Assembly (NCBI RefSeq): GCF_037042905.1
Contig: NC_087245.1
Location: forward strand, 26,166,001 to 26,230,000
From: Lytechinus pictus
Taxonomy: Eukaryota
Direction of reading: 5' to 3'
DNA length: 64,000 bases
The notes under the pieces are model-generated. The model was not told the DNA's origin. It saw only the letters and a program-made list of their open reading frames with translations, and did not search any database. A program made the translations under genes and the position numbers. Each line of letters begins with the position of its first letter. The stretch's first letter is position 1. Shown here one piece after another: positions 39,851-53,000 of the stretch.

Positions 39851-40223
39851 AAATGATTGATACCTAACAAGTTTACCTCAAGTGATGTTCGTGTAGTCTC
39901 CACCCCACTTCACTACCGCTACACTACGCTTCACCTACCTGAACATCCAGGTGGTTAACTCGCTCTGATACTTCGAGTGACAAAGGTGGGATTTTATGGG
40001 GGGAAATATAAATCTCATGCACCACTACTAAAAAGAATAAAAAACTTATCTTCCTACTTTTCATTCTAATTTCACTCAATATCCATCCTCCGGTTAGTCT
40101 AAAAATTGGTGATTTTAGAGCCAGTATCGGGTTCCTCACACATTAATTCACTGCCGATTCCACAAAACATCGCAAATCGCAGCTCAATTTATGAATATTC
40201 ATGATGGGACTAGCCTGGAGGCT

Positions 40224-42496
40224 CCTGGGGCCCGTTTCTCAACACCGTCATAAGTCTAACTTCTTGACTAAATCAGAGATAGTGAGCTACTTGTCCGCAA
40301 ACCATTTCACAAAGCCCTCTTTGCCAAGATCGGGGACAACAGCCTGATTAAATATTTATGACACCTCCAAACCTGTCACAACTTCTTTCTTAATGACGTA
40401 GTGGCATCATGTGGGTAGACTATGACATGCAAAAGTGCCTTAAACTTTGAAAATTATAATCTTACGTAATCAATTGTAGAACATGGAATTATATAGCAAA
40501 ACAAGTGCAATCAGGGTGACCAGATTTCACAAAGTGAAATACGGGACAATCGACAAAGCATGCTGCACGAGCGGATCAACCGAGCCAGGTCTTCATAAAA
40601 AAAGATGAACAAAGGAGGCTACACAGTGTTAGACCTGTAAAAAAAAAATAGAATTGGAAGGGAGGATGAACGAAAGAATGAAGGAGAGGAAGAAAAGACG
40701 AAAGAAAAGAGACGAATTGAGAAAACAGAAAGAAAAAATGAAGGGGAAAATGAAGGAAAAAATAAAAAAGAATGAACGAAAGTTCGAATAAAAGAAGGAT
40801 GAAAGAAAGAATAAAAGAGAAAAAAAGGTTTCCGTCATTCTTTGAATTGAATATAGAAAGAAAGAAAGAAAAAGGAAGAGAAGCTGAATAAATGTGTGAA
40901 AGACAAAATAAAGAAGAGAAAGAATAAAGAGAGAAAGAAAGAAAAAGTAAGAAAAAAGGAGGAGGAAAGAAAGAATGAAGGAAAGGAAATTCTTTTCCTT
41001 CATTCTTTGAAAGAAAGAAAGAAGAAAAAACAGGAAGAAGGGAAGGAAGGGAAAGAAAGGATAAGGGAAAAGAATTAGAAGGAAAAAATGAAATAAAGAA
41101 TGAAAGAGAGAGAGGAAACAATGAAGGGGGGAGAGTGAAAAAAATAAATGGTAGAGAAAGAACGAAAAGAAAAAGGAGAGCAAGGGAGAAGGAAGATAAG
41201 AAAAGTTTAAGGAAAGAAAGATTGAAGGGAAAAAAGGAAATTAAAAAAAGATGAAAAGTAAAAGAAAGAAAGAAAAATGAACAGAAAGAGAAAGGATCAG
41301 GAAAGAAAGATAGAAAATACAGATAGAACAAAAAAGGGCAAGCATGAAGGATAAAACGTAAAGGATAGAAAAGAGAAAAATGAAAGAAAGGAAGGGGAAA
41401 AAAGTTCAAACTTCAAGCAAACAAAAAATCCAATCCTCTAACAAAAATCTTAAAATTTGGGGTTATTTATTTGGGGTTAAAATATTTTTTTTAATTAAAA
41501 AAAAACTAAAATGTTTTAGAAATGAATAAAATTTCAAAGTGAAACATTTTCACCACACAGGCATCTCTCCCATCCCATATGCAAGTTCGCACTGGTCACA
41601 ACAAGACAGAAAACGAAAACTGAAACAACTAGATCTAGTTATGAAAACTCAACAACTTGTTCCTCCGATTACATCACCAAATCAGTAATCTGAGTATCCA
41701 TAATATAAGTATACAAATTTCCTGCTGATTTTGTGATTATTTTGGTGGAAATACTGTTTATCATGTGAGATTGTTTGCACCATTGAGAATCTGCTCCCAG
41801 CTAGTAGCTAGCCTGCCACACACAAGCAGGAGGCCAGTTCGTTTGCAATGTATTGAGTTAGCAAGAAAATCACCGCAGAACTTGCGAAAGTTTAGTTATC
41901 AATTTTATTGTGGTCTCTGCTTCATCATCTGTTGGTTATTTGATGAAAATTCTTCACTTTTAAATGTATTAACTATATTTTGGAATCTTATATATATTTT
42001 GGAATATTATATTCTGGAATCATAAAAAAAGCATACAATGATCATCCTTTTACAAAGAAAACCTTTACATGTATGGTTTACTTCCGTAAACTATTAAAAT
42101 TTGATATCATGGGGGTATCCATCTTAACATCAACAAGTGATTTTTTAGTCATGAAATGAATTATTCATAATTTTATTTTTTTCAGCAATTGTATGCTCCA
42201 TTTTTCAGAGTTTATGTATGGTGCATATTTTGCCTCTGTTATTATTTTGATTAGATGTATTCCCCAATTCACCACAATACTTGCAGTTAAATAATAATTT
42301 TGCCTTTTGGAAATTATGCTGTTTTGTGACTATAAAGGCTACGTCTCGTCTGCTCTTTTTACCGATTGTATCGATATCAAGGGATTCTAGTAAGGAAGCC
42401 CTTTGTGAAACGGGTTTAGTAAGATTAGAACTAACTCCGTGGTTGGTGGATAAAGATATGACTAACTTGTCCTGGTGTTGAGAAACGGGCCCCAGG
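40224..42496. mobile_element. 2.3-kb non-autonomous PIF/Harbinger-like element
   Basis: Perfect 23-bp inverted ends cctggggcccgtttctcaacacc / ggtgttgagaaacgggccccagg (including CWG flanks); no transposase visible. Confidence 0.75.
40590..41410 (+). repeat. Purine-rich (GA/GAAA) low-complexity tract
   Basis: ~800 bp dominated by A/G; gives spurious F/L/S-rich minus-strand ORFs. Confidence 0.9.
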
Positions 42497-44512
42497 AAAG
42501 TAAAAATCAGTCTACTATACGTAGGCTTACCCTCCATGAAGCCTGGGATGGCATGCCATTGCTCTATGCGGACCGAGTATTTTGGAGACAACAGTGTTGC
42601 TCCAAAATACTTGTTTTCTTCCCAAACTTATGTAAATGGGCTAAAATATATTATTTAAGCTTTCAGCACTAAATAGACATATTATGGAATAAAATTTAAC
42701 ACAAATTATAGAAAATATTACAAGTAGAGAGGCGTGTACTTTACAGTCTGTTATTGTCACCATCTTTGTTATCGTAGCCAAAGATACTAGACGCGTATAG
42801 AGGGTGACAATATCATGAGCAGTGCCAACTTAGCTTTCAAAAAATACTTGTCGACCGATAAATATTATGAATTGTAAAATACTTGCACCAGCCGATAAAT
42901 ATTGTAATTTGTGTCAGCAAAATGCATTGTATGAATGTAGTATGGTTTATAAGTGTATATTGAGAGATTTTGTTATTTATTAACTCCTATTTTGAATTCC
43001 AAATAAGGAAAGGATATCCTGAGATACTAGATTTTTATATTACTAAACTTATAATACTTCAACAATAAATGAACTAAGACCAAGACAATGGACTTGAAAA
43101 GAATAAAAGATTTATTATAATTTATCATCATAAAGGAAACACAACTTCTTAAATAATTGTTAAGGGGAAATAGGAATAATTCTTCTATTAAATTGTATTC
43201 ATACAATGATGCAAATACTAAATTTCAGACCCTTTCTGCACCTGCAGCTAAAATATCCTGAGTATCTGTATGTGCCTCTTTTTGCCTTATTATTGGATGA
43301 TTCTATTTTCTTCAAAGTTGTTCTTGAACCTACCAGAAAAAGTTAAACGAAATGTCTTTACAGACAATAGAAAAAAAACCTGCAGAACAGCTTAACCAAG
43401 AAACAAAATCCAATGTTTGGATAAAGATTCGAATGTTATTAAATTTATCCACTCTTAGATACAAGTATCCAAGGACTTACTACATTTCTAAAAAAAACAA
43501 AATGCCAATTACTATTTGTCACATGATCGATATACACATAAAATGTGATATTATAATTGAATTCCCTAAAAAAATATCTTTCAACCAAGAACATACTACA
43601 GTGCGTATCAAAAAAAAGTTTACACTTCGAAAAAGTCCTGTAAAAGTATACATTTGTAATATCCTGAAGATTTTTCAACATTTTAACATTGGTACAGATC
43701 CATTTAAGCAAATGACGATATAACTGTCGAAAAATATTTCCGCTTGAGTGAGCACCACTTACTTTTGAAAAGTTAGTGAAAAATGATTTGCGCAGAACTT
43801 TGAAATAGTTATGCGAATAAAAGTAGACCTTAATCATGAGGAACACATAGAATTTAGCTATTGAAAGATATCTTTTACCTTTTTAAATTTATTTCCTTGC
43901 CCAAAACACTTCGAAGAGTGCCATTGCACCCCACCCTGCTCCCCCACACACTGAGGCCATCGTGACTATATTTGCTTTACACTGAGCTGTGATTTTCATG
44001 AAATGGCTTAGGCTTGATTTTCATTTTGTTAATCATTGTCAAGCTTGGGAAAAGTGTGAAGAAACAAATGTAAACCCACTTTAAATGATAAAAACTAAGT
44101 GAAAAAAATGTTGGAGATGTCTGATATAAGATTTTGTTTAGATTTAGTTATGTCCTCAGATCCAGTTGGCACAAAAAGGGTAAAGGTTGTGTTAAAATTT
44201 TAAAGGGATGGTCTGGGCTGTAAATATTTATAACTTAATAAATAGAGTAGAATTCACTGTTCACTACGCACTGTATAAGTAGAGATAAAACGGACAGATA
44301 ATTACTGAGACCAGCTATGGTAAGTAAAAAGATTTTGGCAGCAGTCAGGTCAGAAGGGCGTCATAAAACCTTTGTCACATGCAGAGATTAAAAAGGATGT
44401 TTGGGTTAAAAAAAATATATATATAAAAAAGGACACCGATTTCAAGTGAAAATCTGTGGTTGATTGCATATGTGCAGTTCATGAATTCTTGGAAGCTAAT
44501 GGGGCTGTAAGA

Positions 44513-44677
44513 CCTGGGGGGCGTTTCATGAAAGGACTTGTCGGACGTTTTATCCGACAAGTCCCATTTTATCCAACAGTTACCATAGTAACAGTACCTC
44601 TCAGCCAATCAACATTAGAAAAAGATGTCAGATCTGACAACTTGTCGGATGAAAATGTTGATGAAACACCCCCCAGG
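44513..44677. mobile_element. PIF/Harbinger-like MITE
   Basis: cctggggggcgtttcat / atgaaacaccccccagg ends; internal acttgtcgga/tccgacaagt repeats. Confidence 0.8.
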
Positions 44678-46296
44678 ACGTTATAGCCAGTGTACAGCAA
44701 CATAAGTATCACAGTCCATTATGACATTTAATCCTATTTCATCAATGATGCATTATACCAACTTTTGATACATATGGTATACACTGGTTAACATTCAACT
44801 ACAGTATGATAAGCTACTTTTCTCATGTAGTTGAAAAATAAAAATCCAACTAAGTGTAACATTTGTAATCTGCTTAAATAACACATTTTTCCAAGTGCTG
44901 ACAATATCATTACCCCACCTTTTGCACGGCTACCATCATAAGGCACTCCAGTATTTATTTAATTTCTTTGAAAATACACCAGGTACTAATTCATGTAACC
45001 TGGGTGGGGAGTGGCAGACAGTACAGTTAGATTTTACCTCCAGACTTAATTCAAAATAAAAAGATGCTGATCCACAACACCTTTACGTAAAAAAATTCCT
45101 AAATAAACCAATGCTAACCCCTAGGTCAAAAGAAAATAGCCCTTTAAAAACTGATCACTTAAAATTCATATGATAGTACGTTTTCTTGTAGATGACGTAC
45201 ATGCCTCATTGAGACCCTCCCCGCCTTTATCTGAAAACATCACTAAAATCAGTCTCAACATATCGTCAAATAGCTCCCTTTCACGCTTAGTATTTGGGAA
45301 TGAGTGCTTCAATACTGGAATGTCCAAAAGGCAATCTATTATAAACATTAACATTTGGTACTGTTAGAAACTCAACTCAAATTTATTTGAGAGTTTTGCT
45401 TATTTCTTTGAAGTGCTGTGCAGGGAGTGGCCGGATTCTGTCCAAGTGCATAAGACTAAATTTTAAAGGGATGAAACAACTTTATTTCTAGTAAGAAAAT
45501 TTGCTTCTGCCAGAATTAAAGGTGCAGTGTACAAGCCTAATCAACAATACCTAAACTTTTGGATGACATGTAACTCAATAACTACGTTAAAAGATGAAAA
45601 ATAATATTTGCCATACAGCAAGCTTGAGAGCACCCAGCTGGTAGACAGCAAATTTGGCCCTGTTGGCCCATCTCAGTGGCACGTGACACAGGAACCATGC
45701 CTGCCTGAAGAATACTTAACAGTGGTTAACGATGGTACCCTTAGCATGAAATCATCTCCATTTTGTTTTGGTAAATAACTGACCACTTGGCCTGAGCTCC
45801 AGCCATCCCTAATCTAGGAGTGCAAATGTGAATGAATTACCAGCTGAATCAGTGAATTTAACTCTTGGACAAAGTTGCCAACTGCCATTAATAACTTTCA
45901 TTTTAAGTTTTCTTCTATGAAGACTTATTACAACTGAACCTTAATAAATAAGAGCAAAAAGTAGGAAAATAAAGGTGCAGTCACACTTGAACATTTTAGC
46001 CAGTGTATGCTGATATAACTAGGCTATGGCAAGTCATTTTCTTAATCCCAAATCGATATCGAGAATCGCCTTTTGTTTACTACATAAATGATTCTTCATA
46101 TGAAGAATTTGAATTCTTGATATTTTGTGTAAACAAATTGCAGTTCTTAATATAAAGAATGGAATGCTTGATAAGAAACAAGATTAAAAGGGAAAACGGC
46201 TGGCCAAACATACGGAATGTCAGCATACCCTGGCTAAGATGTCCAAATGTGACTGCTCCTTTAGGATGCAAATCCTATAAAAATATCTTGAAGGAA

Positions 46297-46886
46297 TTAA
46301 AGAGAATGAAACCCTTGAGGAATAAAATACAATGAAATAAATACAGTGAAAATTAGACATGCAACAAGAAAGCCAGGGTGGCGCCAGCATATTTTGAAAA
46401 ACCTTCATATAGGCCTTCTTATAATTTTTGTTTTCTTCTCACTTCTGAATTAAAAGTTAGGAGCATTTGAATGTCGAGAATGCTAATGCTATGGAGATCT
46501 CATTGGCAAAGTGACCAAGATGTGTCACACATGAACAGCTCTCTCATTTGATACATTAAAAAAAGTAATTTAAAAATATCGTTTTGCTTATTCTAATTTA
46601 GCTCCAGCTATTTGTCCATGATGTACGTATTGTGTAAAACTTCTATTGCAGTAAATCCTTGCACTTGAAAGAAAACATGATCTATAGATATACTTCATAA
46701 AATTTTTAAGTGAAACCTACAAAATTAATGAGGAAATTGTTCATGTGTGACATCACACATCTTGGTCTTAATGCCAATGGGATGATCTTTGTAGAATTAA
46801 TGACATCAGCATTAAAATAGTCTAACTTTCTGGATTTGTCAGTTTTATACCTTTCAATTGTTCTCCCAGGGTTTCATTCTCCTTAA
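46297..46886. mobile_element. TTAA-flanked MITE family B, old diverged copy
   Basis: ttaaagagaatgaaaccct / gggtttcattctccttaa; shares gagcatttgaatgtcgaga..ctaatgctatggagatct with 59961-60551. Confidence 0.8.
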
Positions 46887-46960
46887 GAACCATGATTATT
46901 TCATGGAGAACATACATGTAAAGAAATGGTACATATGCCTAGAAAACAATAGATGAAGTG

Positions 46961-47040
46961 CTATAAAGCTTTCCCAAGCTCAATTTTCTTCTGTATTGCT
47001 TTAGCTGAATGGTAAATCATGGAATCAATCAGTCCAGCAA
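46961..47040 (-). CDS. ERGIC3: ERGIC3 exon 11 (terminal)
   Basis: (V)[28 protein letters not shown]. Confidence 0.95.
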
Positions 47041-50000
47041 CTGTATTAAAAAACAAATGAAGCAGAAAATAGAAAAAAAGGATTTAAAAAATCACTCGCT
47101 ATATTGTTGAAACTTGCACAACATACATTTTTTTTTAATATAGCCCTTCACATGTCCATTCTAACAATTTTAACCTGAACATGCAGGGCGTTGAAATTAC
47201 ATTATTTGAAGTAATAACAGCATTGTGAAAAATTTTGCTTGTACAGGTTGTAAAGATGTGATTATGTATTTATGTCACTAGCATGTCCGGGAATGTAATA
47301 AGTAGACTACACACTTTGAGGATATTCAAATTTTAATATGGTACAGTATTGAAAACTTCAAATATGTCTTACTTGATAAAAAATATATACACTTACCTGT
47401 AAAAACTCCCCCTATGATAGCACATACTCCAGTTAAGAAATGCATAAATGATCTGTAAAATAAAGACAATTCATTGCATTGTTTTCTATTAAAGCTATGC
47501 ACTGTAAAGACAAAATTTACAGGTATTACTGATGCAATGCTTCAATATACAGTAAGTGAAAAAAATAACTATTAAGATAAAAATTATGAACAACTTTTGC
47601 ATTCTCTCTCTACCAATATTTCTAGTATAGAATGTATACTTTGTTGGTAGTATGAACTTTTTGTCAACAAACTATTATACGATTGATCATATTTCCTTCA
47701 AATATCAATTAACCTCAAAATATTTTTTAACGTATATCTCAGGAGAGTTCTTTCTGTCAATGGATTGTTTAGACTTTTAACAACTTTACAATTAGAAATG
47801 ATTAAATGATCAGAATCTTACCTATTTACTTCTTTATATTTAACCATAAGTGGAGACAGTTCATATAGAACAAAGACACCCGGTAAACCATGTTCTCCCG
47901 TTGAAAACGATGTTGTTACTTGCTTCTCATGTTTTGTGACGGAATACTGATTTGTTCTCGTTATAGATTGGTCCAGTTTGGTGTACGTGGTAGGAACAAT
48001 TTTGACGAAATACTGAAACATGGAAGAACCTAGAAGTAATATACAAATATATTAACAGTTAATAAAATATGAAAAGAAAAAGAATAATGATGTTGCAAGT
48101 ATTGTGAAATGCTTAACTAATTCATTGATATTTTGATGTCTTCCTACTAAGGACAAAATGATGAAGATGCCAGTGTCTGCAAATAACATCAGAACCTTCT
48201 TGCTCTGGCAGGGTTGGTTTCATGAATATATATCACTAATTCATTAATATTTCCCCTGAGGATAAAAAGATCAAGATATCCGTGTCTAGACAGCCTACAT
48301 CAGGATAGTCTTGCTTTGACATGGTTGGTTTCATGAATACATGTCATTAACTCACTGATGTTATGATGTCTCCCCATTCAGGATAAATTGACCAAGATGC
48401 CTGGGTCTGCGCAACCTATGTCAGGGCCTCCCTGCTTTGACAGGATTGATTTCATGAATACATGTCATTCATTAATTAATGTTTTGATGTCTCCCTTCAG
48501 GATAAAATTGATCAAGATGACTGGGTCTGTGCAACCTATGTCAAACCTATGCTTTGACAGGGTTGATTTCATGAATACATGTCATTAATTAATTGATGTT
48601 CTGATGTCTCCTCATTCAGGACAAAGAGATCAAGATGCCAGTGTCAATGCAACCTACATCAGGACCTTCCTGTTTTGACAGGGTGAAGATGGGTTTTATG
48701 ATCGGTTTCTGTGTTGGGATGGGGTCAGGTGCACTCTTCGGTGGATTTTCAGCTTTAAGGTACGTATATTTGAGAATTTCCTACAGACTGTATGCTATAT
48801 AGTTTGCCAGGGAGAAAGGAGGGGGGATATTTTTTTTGCAAATTTTGGCGTTGGGTGCCATTTAGCTGAAATATTAACATCAATCACTCTATGATACTAG
48901 TACTTTCATTGCACCGTACATGCAGGTACCTTTTCATGCACTCTGAGCAAACAGCTACAACCACCAGTCTATGAAATAGAGTTATGCCGTATGGCAATAT
49001 GTCAAGGAGAGATATCTTATTATTCATTCTTTACTACTATTCATTGATTGATTTATTTTTAAGCCAACTGGTAACATGTAGTCTAGGCAGAGATTGCAGC
49101 TATTGTATATTGCAGTTGTTTTTTGTACAGAAGGTGGTTTGGTGCAGATAATAATAATAATATACAGTTCTTGTATAGTGCATATCACAATTATGAACAA
49201 TGTCTCTATGCGCTTCCGAAGGACTTGGATATTATTACCCCAGCTGTAGCTTGGCAGCCGTAATTACTAAGATTACAGGGCACACGCATTTCAAGGAATA
49301 AATTCCTGCCAGGTACCCATTCACCTCACCTGGGTTAAGTGCAGCACAATGTGGATAAATTTCTTGCCGAAGGATGTTACGCCATGGCTGGGATTCGAAC
49401 CCACGACCCTCTGTTTCAAAGTCCGGAGACTAATCCACTGGGCCCCAGCGCTCCATTTTGGTACAGATTTTCTGTACCAAAATTTGCCGCCTTATCCTGA
49501 TTGGCGATACAAAATCATTTAGCAAGACAAGAGGGTGTAGCCTGTTTGTAGCCTTGCCACATCAGACGTATGACCTGCATTTAGCATAACAGCAAATATA
49601 ATATTGCCACATCAGAATTGTAAACCAAAAAGACAATAGCCGCAGCCTCAAACTAGATCAAAGACCAACAGTAGTCAAACGGTGGTATATTATAAATCTA
49701 TCAATAATTAGTAAAGAATGATATATAAAAGAGATGTCTCTCCTTGATATATTCGCATACCTCTATAGTACAAAATAAAGTGAATCTGTTTACAGCATCA
49801 TATTTAAAATTTATTTGAAACGAAAGAAAAAAACTCCCATGATTTACAATGTAGTTCCCTAGATTCACCCGTTTCTATTTACATCCTTTAATTTTATGCC
49901 TTAGCTGTATACATTTTGAGACTGTGCATAGTTTGTACCAATCTTTGTTTTCTATCAAAGAAATTAATTGATCAATCCTTATTGGACCTTAATCTATTAA

Positions 50001-53000
50001 TGCATATAAAACCCATACATTGAGAGGCATATACTGTATAGTCAAAACTAAGAATTGTATCTTTTCATCCTGATCTCCAGATACGGTCTTCGTGGTCGGG
50101 AGCTGATGAATACAGTAGGCAAGAGCATGGTGCAGGGAGGGGGAACGTTTGGACTCTTCATGTCAATTGGAACAGGAATACGATGCTGATATATGAGGAA
50201 TTATCTTGAAAGGACTCTTAAAATCATGAACTGATCACAAATAGGATGTCATTCATCAAGGAACTGACCTCGAGTTTTGAACAATGATACTGCGGTTGTG
50301 AGACTAAGTCTAACTCTCCTCCAGTGTATTGGATTTGGTGGATATTCAATTGTGAGATTGATTTAACAAGCATTTCTTTCCTCATTGTTGAACATATCAA
50401 ATTGATTTATTTGTGTAATTTCCCATGACTGATTTACAGTTATGGGTCTCTTATATTTATACATGTACACTTTAATCATTCATAATTTTGATGTACAAAT
50501 ATTTTCATGTGTTAAAATCTTACCAATACAGAGAACAACAAAAAAATTGCACTTTTTTGTTGTTGTTTTTTCTTCTTCCAGAGTAAGTGCTGCTTCAAGG
50601 TGATGAAGATAATATAGGACTCTACTTGAAGGGTACATCCACCCCCCCCCCCAAAAAAAAAAAAAAACATTGATCTCACAGTGAAGAGAACCAGCAGAAT
50701 TAGCTTGGTTTTTTTCTGTAGGTGTGATGATGCCAAAAGGAAAACCATGCTTATCAACATATTGACGGATAGCTCAACTCAGACACAAAATTTTGATAGG
50801 CTTTTGTTTGGCTTCACCTCTTCCTTGCATGTGGAAAAGAAGAGTTAAAAAACTTAATCTCCTTTTCGGGATTGTTAGTGGATTATAGGTAAGAATGTCT
50901 AGGGAATTTGCTCCACATTTTTTTGAAGCTGCTACACAAAAAGTCTTTAGCGTATCAGATTTTTACATAGGACCGTAAGGAACTCGGTTAGAGCTTTTAT
51001 ACTGCAACCAAAAATGCTAATCAACTTTATTTTATAATAAGCACAATAATTCCCTCAATTCCTCTTATTTGAAAAGGGTATGAGTAAGAATGCTAAGTTA
51101 AATGTGATATTGTATGCACAACATTGTCAGCGTATCACATAATGAAAGGCAAGAATACAATTACTTTGCGGAGAATGTGTTTGTTTTATTTTTACCATGC
51201 AAAATGATATCACATGTACAAGAAAAGAGTGTACTGTTCACTTTGCAGAAAGAATACATAGTAGGGACAATGCATGAATAAAACTGAAGTGCAAATTTCA
51301 TTCAATAACATAGTAGATGATAGCATTTATAATTTCATTATATGAACAGAACCACCAACTTTTTATACCAATACATTGAAATATTAAATGCCACAATAGT
51401 ATATTAAGATCATAAATATGTGTATTCATGGTACAGGCAAAGTTGATTGAATCCAATGAGCGCTTTACCTTGTCTTCAGCACCTTGTCGAGCGGTACTGG
51501 CACAGAAATGTAGTGAGCATTATGAGGCCTCTGTTACAACCCCGGTAATGTAGCAATGATGCCTAATGTCTCAACAACGCATTTGACATCACAATCCAAA
51601 AGATGTAACTAGGCCTACATAGTACTCTGTTAGCACTAAGGTTTCTGTGCGGCGGGTACTGACGGTTAATGCAGTGCGCGAGAGGACTTTTCCACTGTTA
51701 CATGTAGCTTGCAGCACTGGGCACATTAACACACAGTGTAGGTTCCATTCATTCTTCACAGCATAGGTTGAAGCTGAGAACTTTTTTTTACCAACTGAAA
51801 ACACCCTCTAACACCTTTGTTTAAATCTTGGCTAATAACTTAATTGAAATGTTGCCTCCAAAAGATCAGTTGTTCGCCTGTAATACTTTTCGCCAGGAGG
51901 CTAATGCATTACAGTCAGGATGCACTTTGCAATATTCTGATTATATTACATGGTATACATGTGTAAAATAAAACTTTAAAATCCATATCGCAAATAAAGC
52001 TTCATTTATATGCTATTTTTCAGTCTGGATACTTTGTATCATTTTGTAGTATTCTTTGCACATTCAAAAGTCTGTCTGAAGCTTTCATAAAGGGTCAATA
52101 ATATAATATATGAGATAGACAGGCAAAGCTGAGAGGGAGAGGAGAGGGGAGACGGCAGAAAAGGAGAGAGGGGGAGCGCAGAAAGGCGGAGAGAGAAGAG
52201 GGAGATGGAGGGTTGAAGAGGAGGAAGGGGGGAGAGTGAGAAAAGAAAGGGAGGTAGAAAAGAGAGAGTGAAGAGAAAGAACAGAGATGAGATAGACAAG
52301 CAAACAGAGAGGGGAGACAGCAGAAAGAGGGGGGAGAGCAGAAAGGTGGAGAAAAAGTAGAGAACAAAAAGTGGTAAAGAGGGAAATGGAGGGTGTATAG
52401 AGGGGTAGAAATAATAAATCATAATGCCAATTCCGCAGCAGATATGAATTCAAGAATAAATACTGTACAAGATTCTAGATCCAATTTCAAAACCTCTGAT
52501 ATAACAAGAAGCATTTTTGCTACTAATATTTACCTTTAACATCAATGATCTTTGTATTGTCAAGAGGATTTTCCATGCCAGGATACTCCATTCCAAATGA
52601 CAATGTTTTGACGTGATGTGTCATGTTAAACTGAATAAATATAAAATAGAAAATAACAGAAAGCAATTATATAGAAAACTGAATTATAGAAAAAAAGAGC
52701 ATTTTACTGATTTTTAAAAATGTACTGTCAAGTGTGATTAAGTTGAAATTCTACATAAGGTATCACAGGCCTAATTCATTCCCCATAGACTCGTGTGTTA
52801 AATTGGCACTTTAAAAAATTCATAAAAAATAAGGATGAAATTCGGGGGTCGAATGTTTACTACCAGTGGATAGGATATATATCTGGCAATCCATATCTGA
52901 CCAGAAAAGGGTCCCTCGACCAGCTCATTTAAAAAATAAATTGGCGTGTTTGAAGACATCGTCGGGGGGAACAGATTCATCACCTCAAACGGCAAAATAG

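Noticed and set aside
40576..41409. 277-aa and 184-aa F/L/S-rich ORFs
   Set aside because: Artefacts of the polypurine low-complexity tract
43352..43846. Overlapping 123-aa and 133-aa ORFs
   Set aside because: AT-rich, no recognisable family, probably within repeat-derived sequence
52039..52453. Three overlapping P/L/S/F-rich ORFs
   Set aside because: Artefacts of a GA-rich low-complexity tract within an ERGIC3 intron
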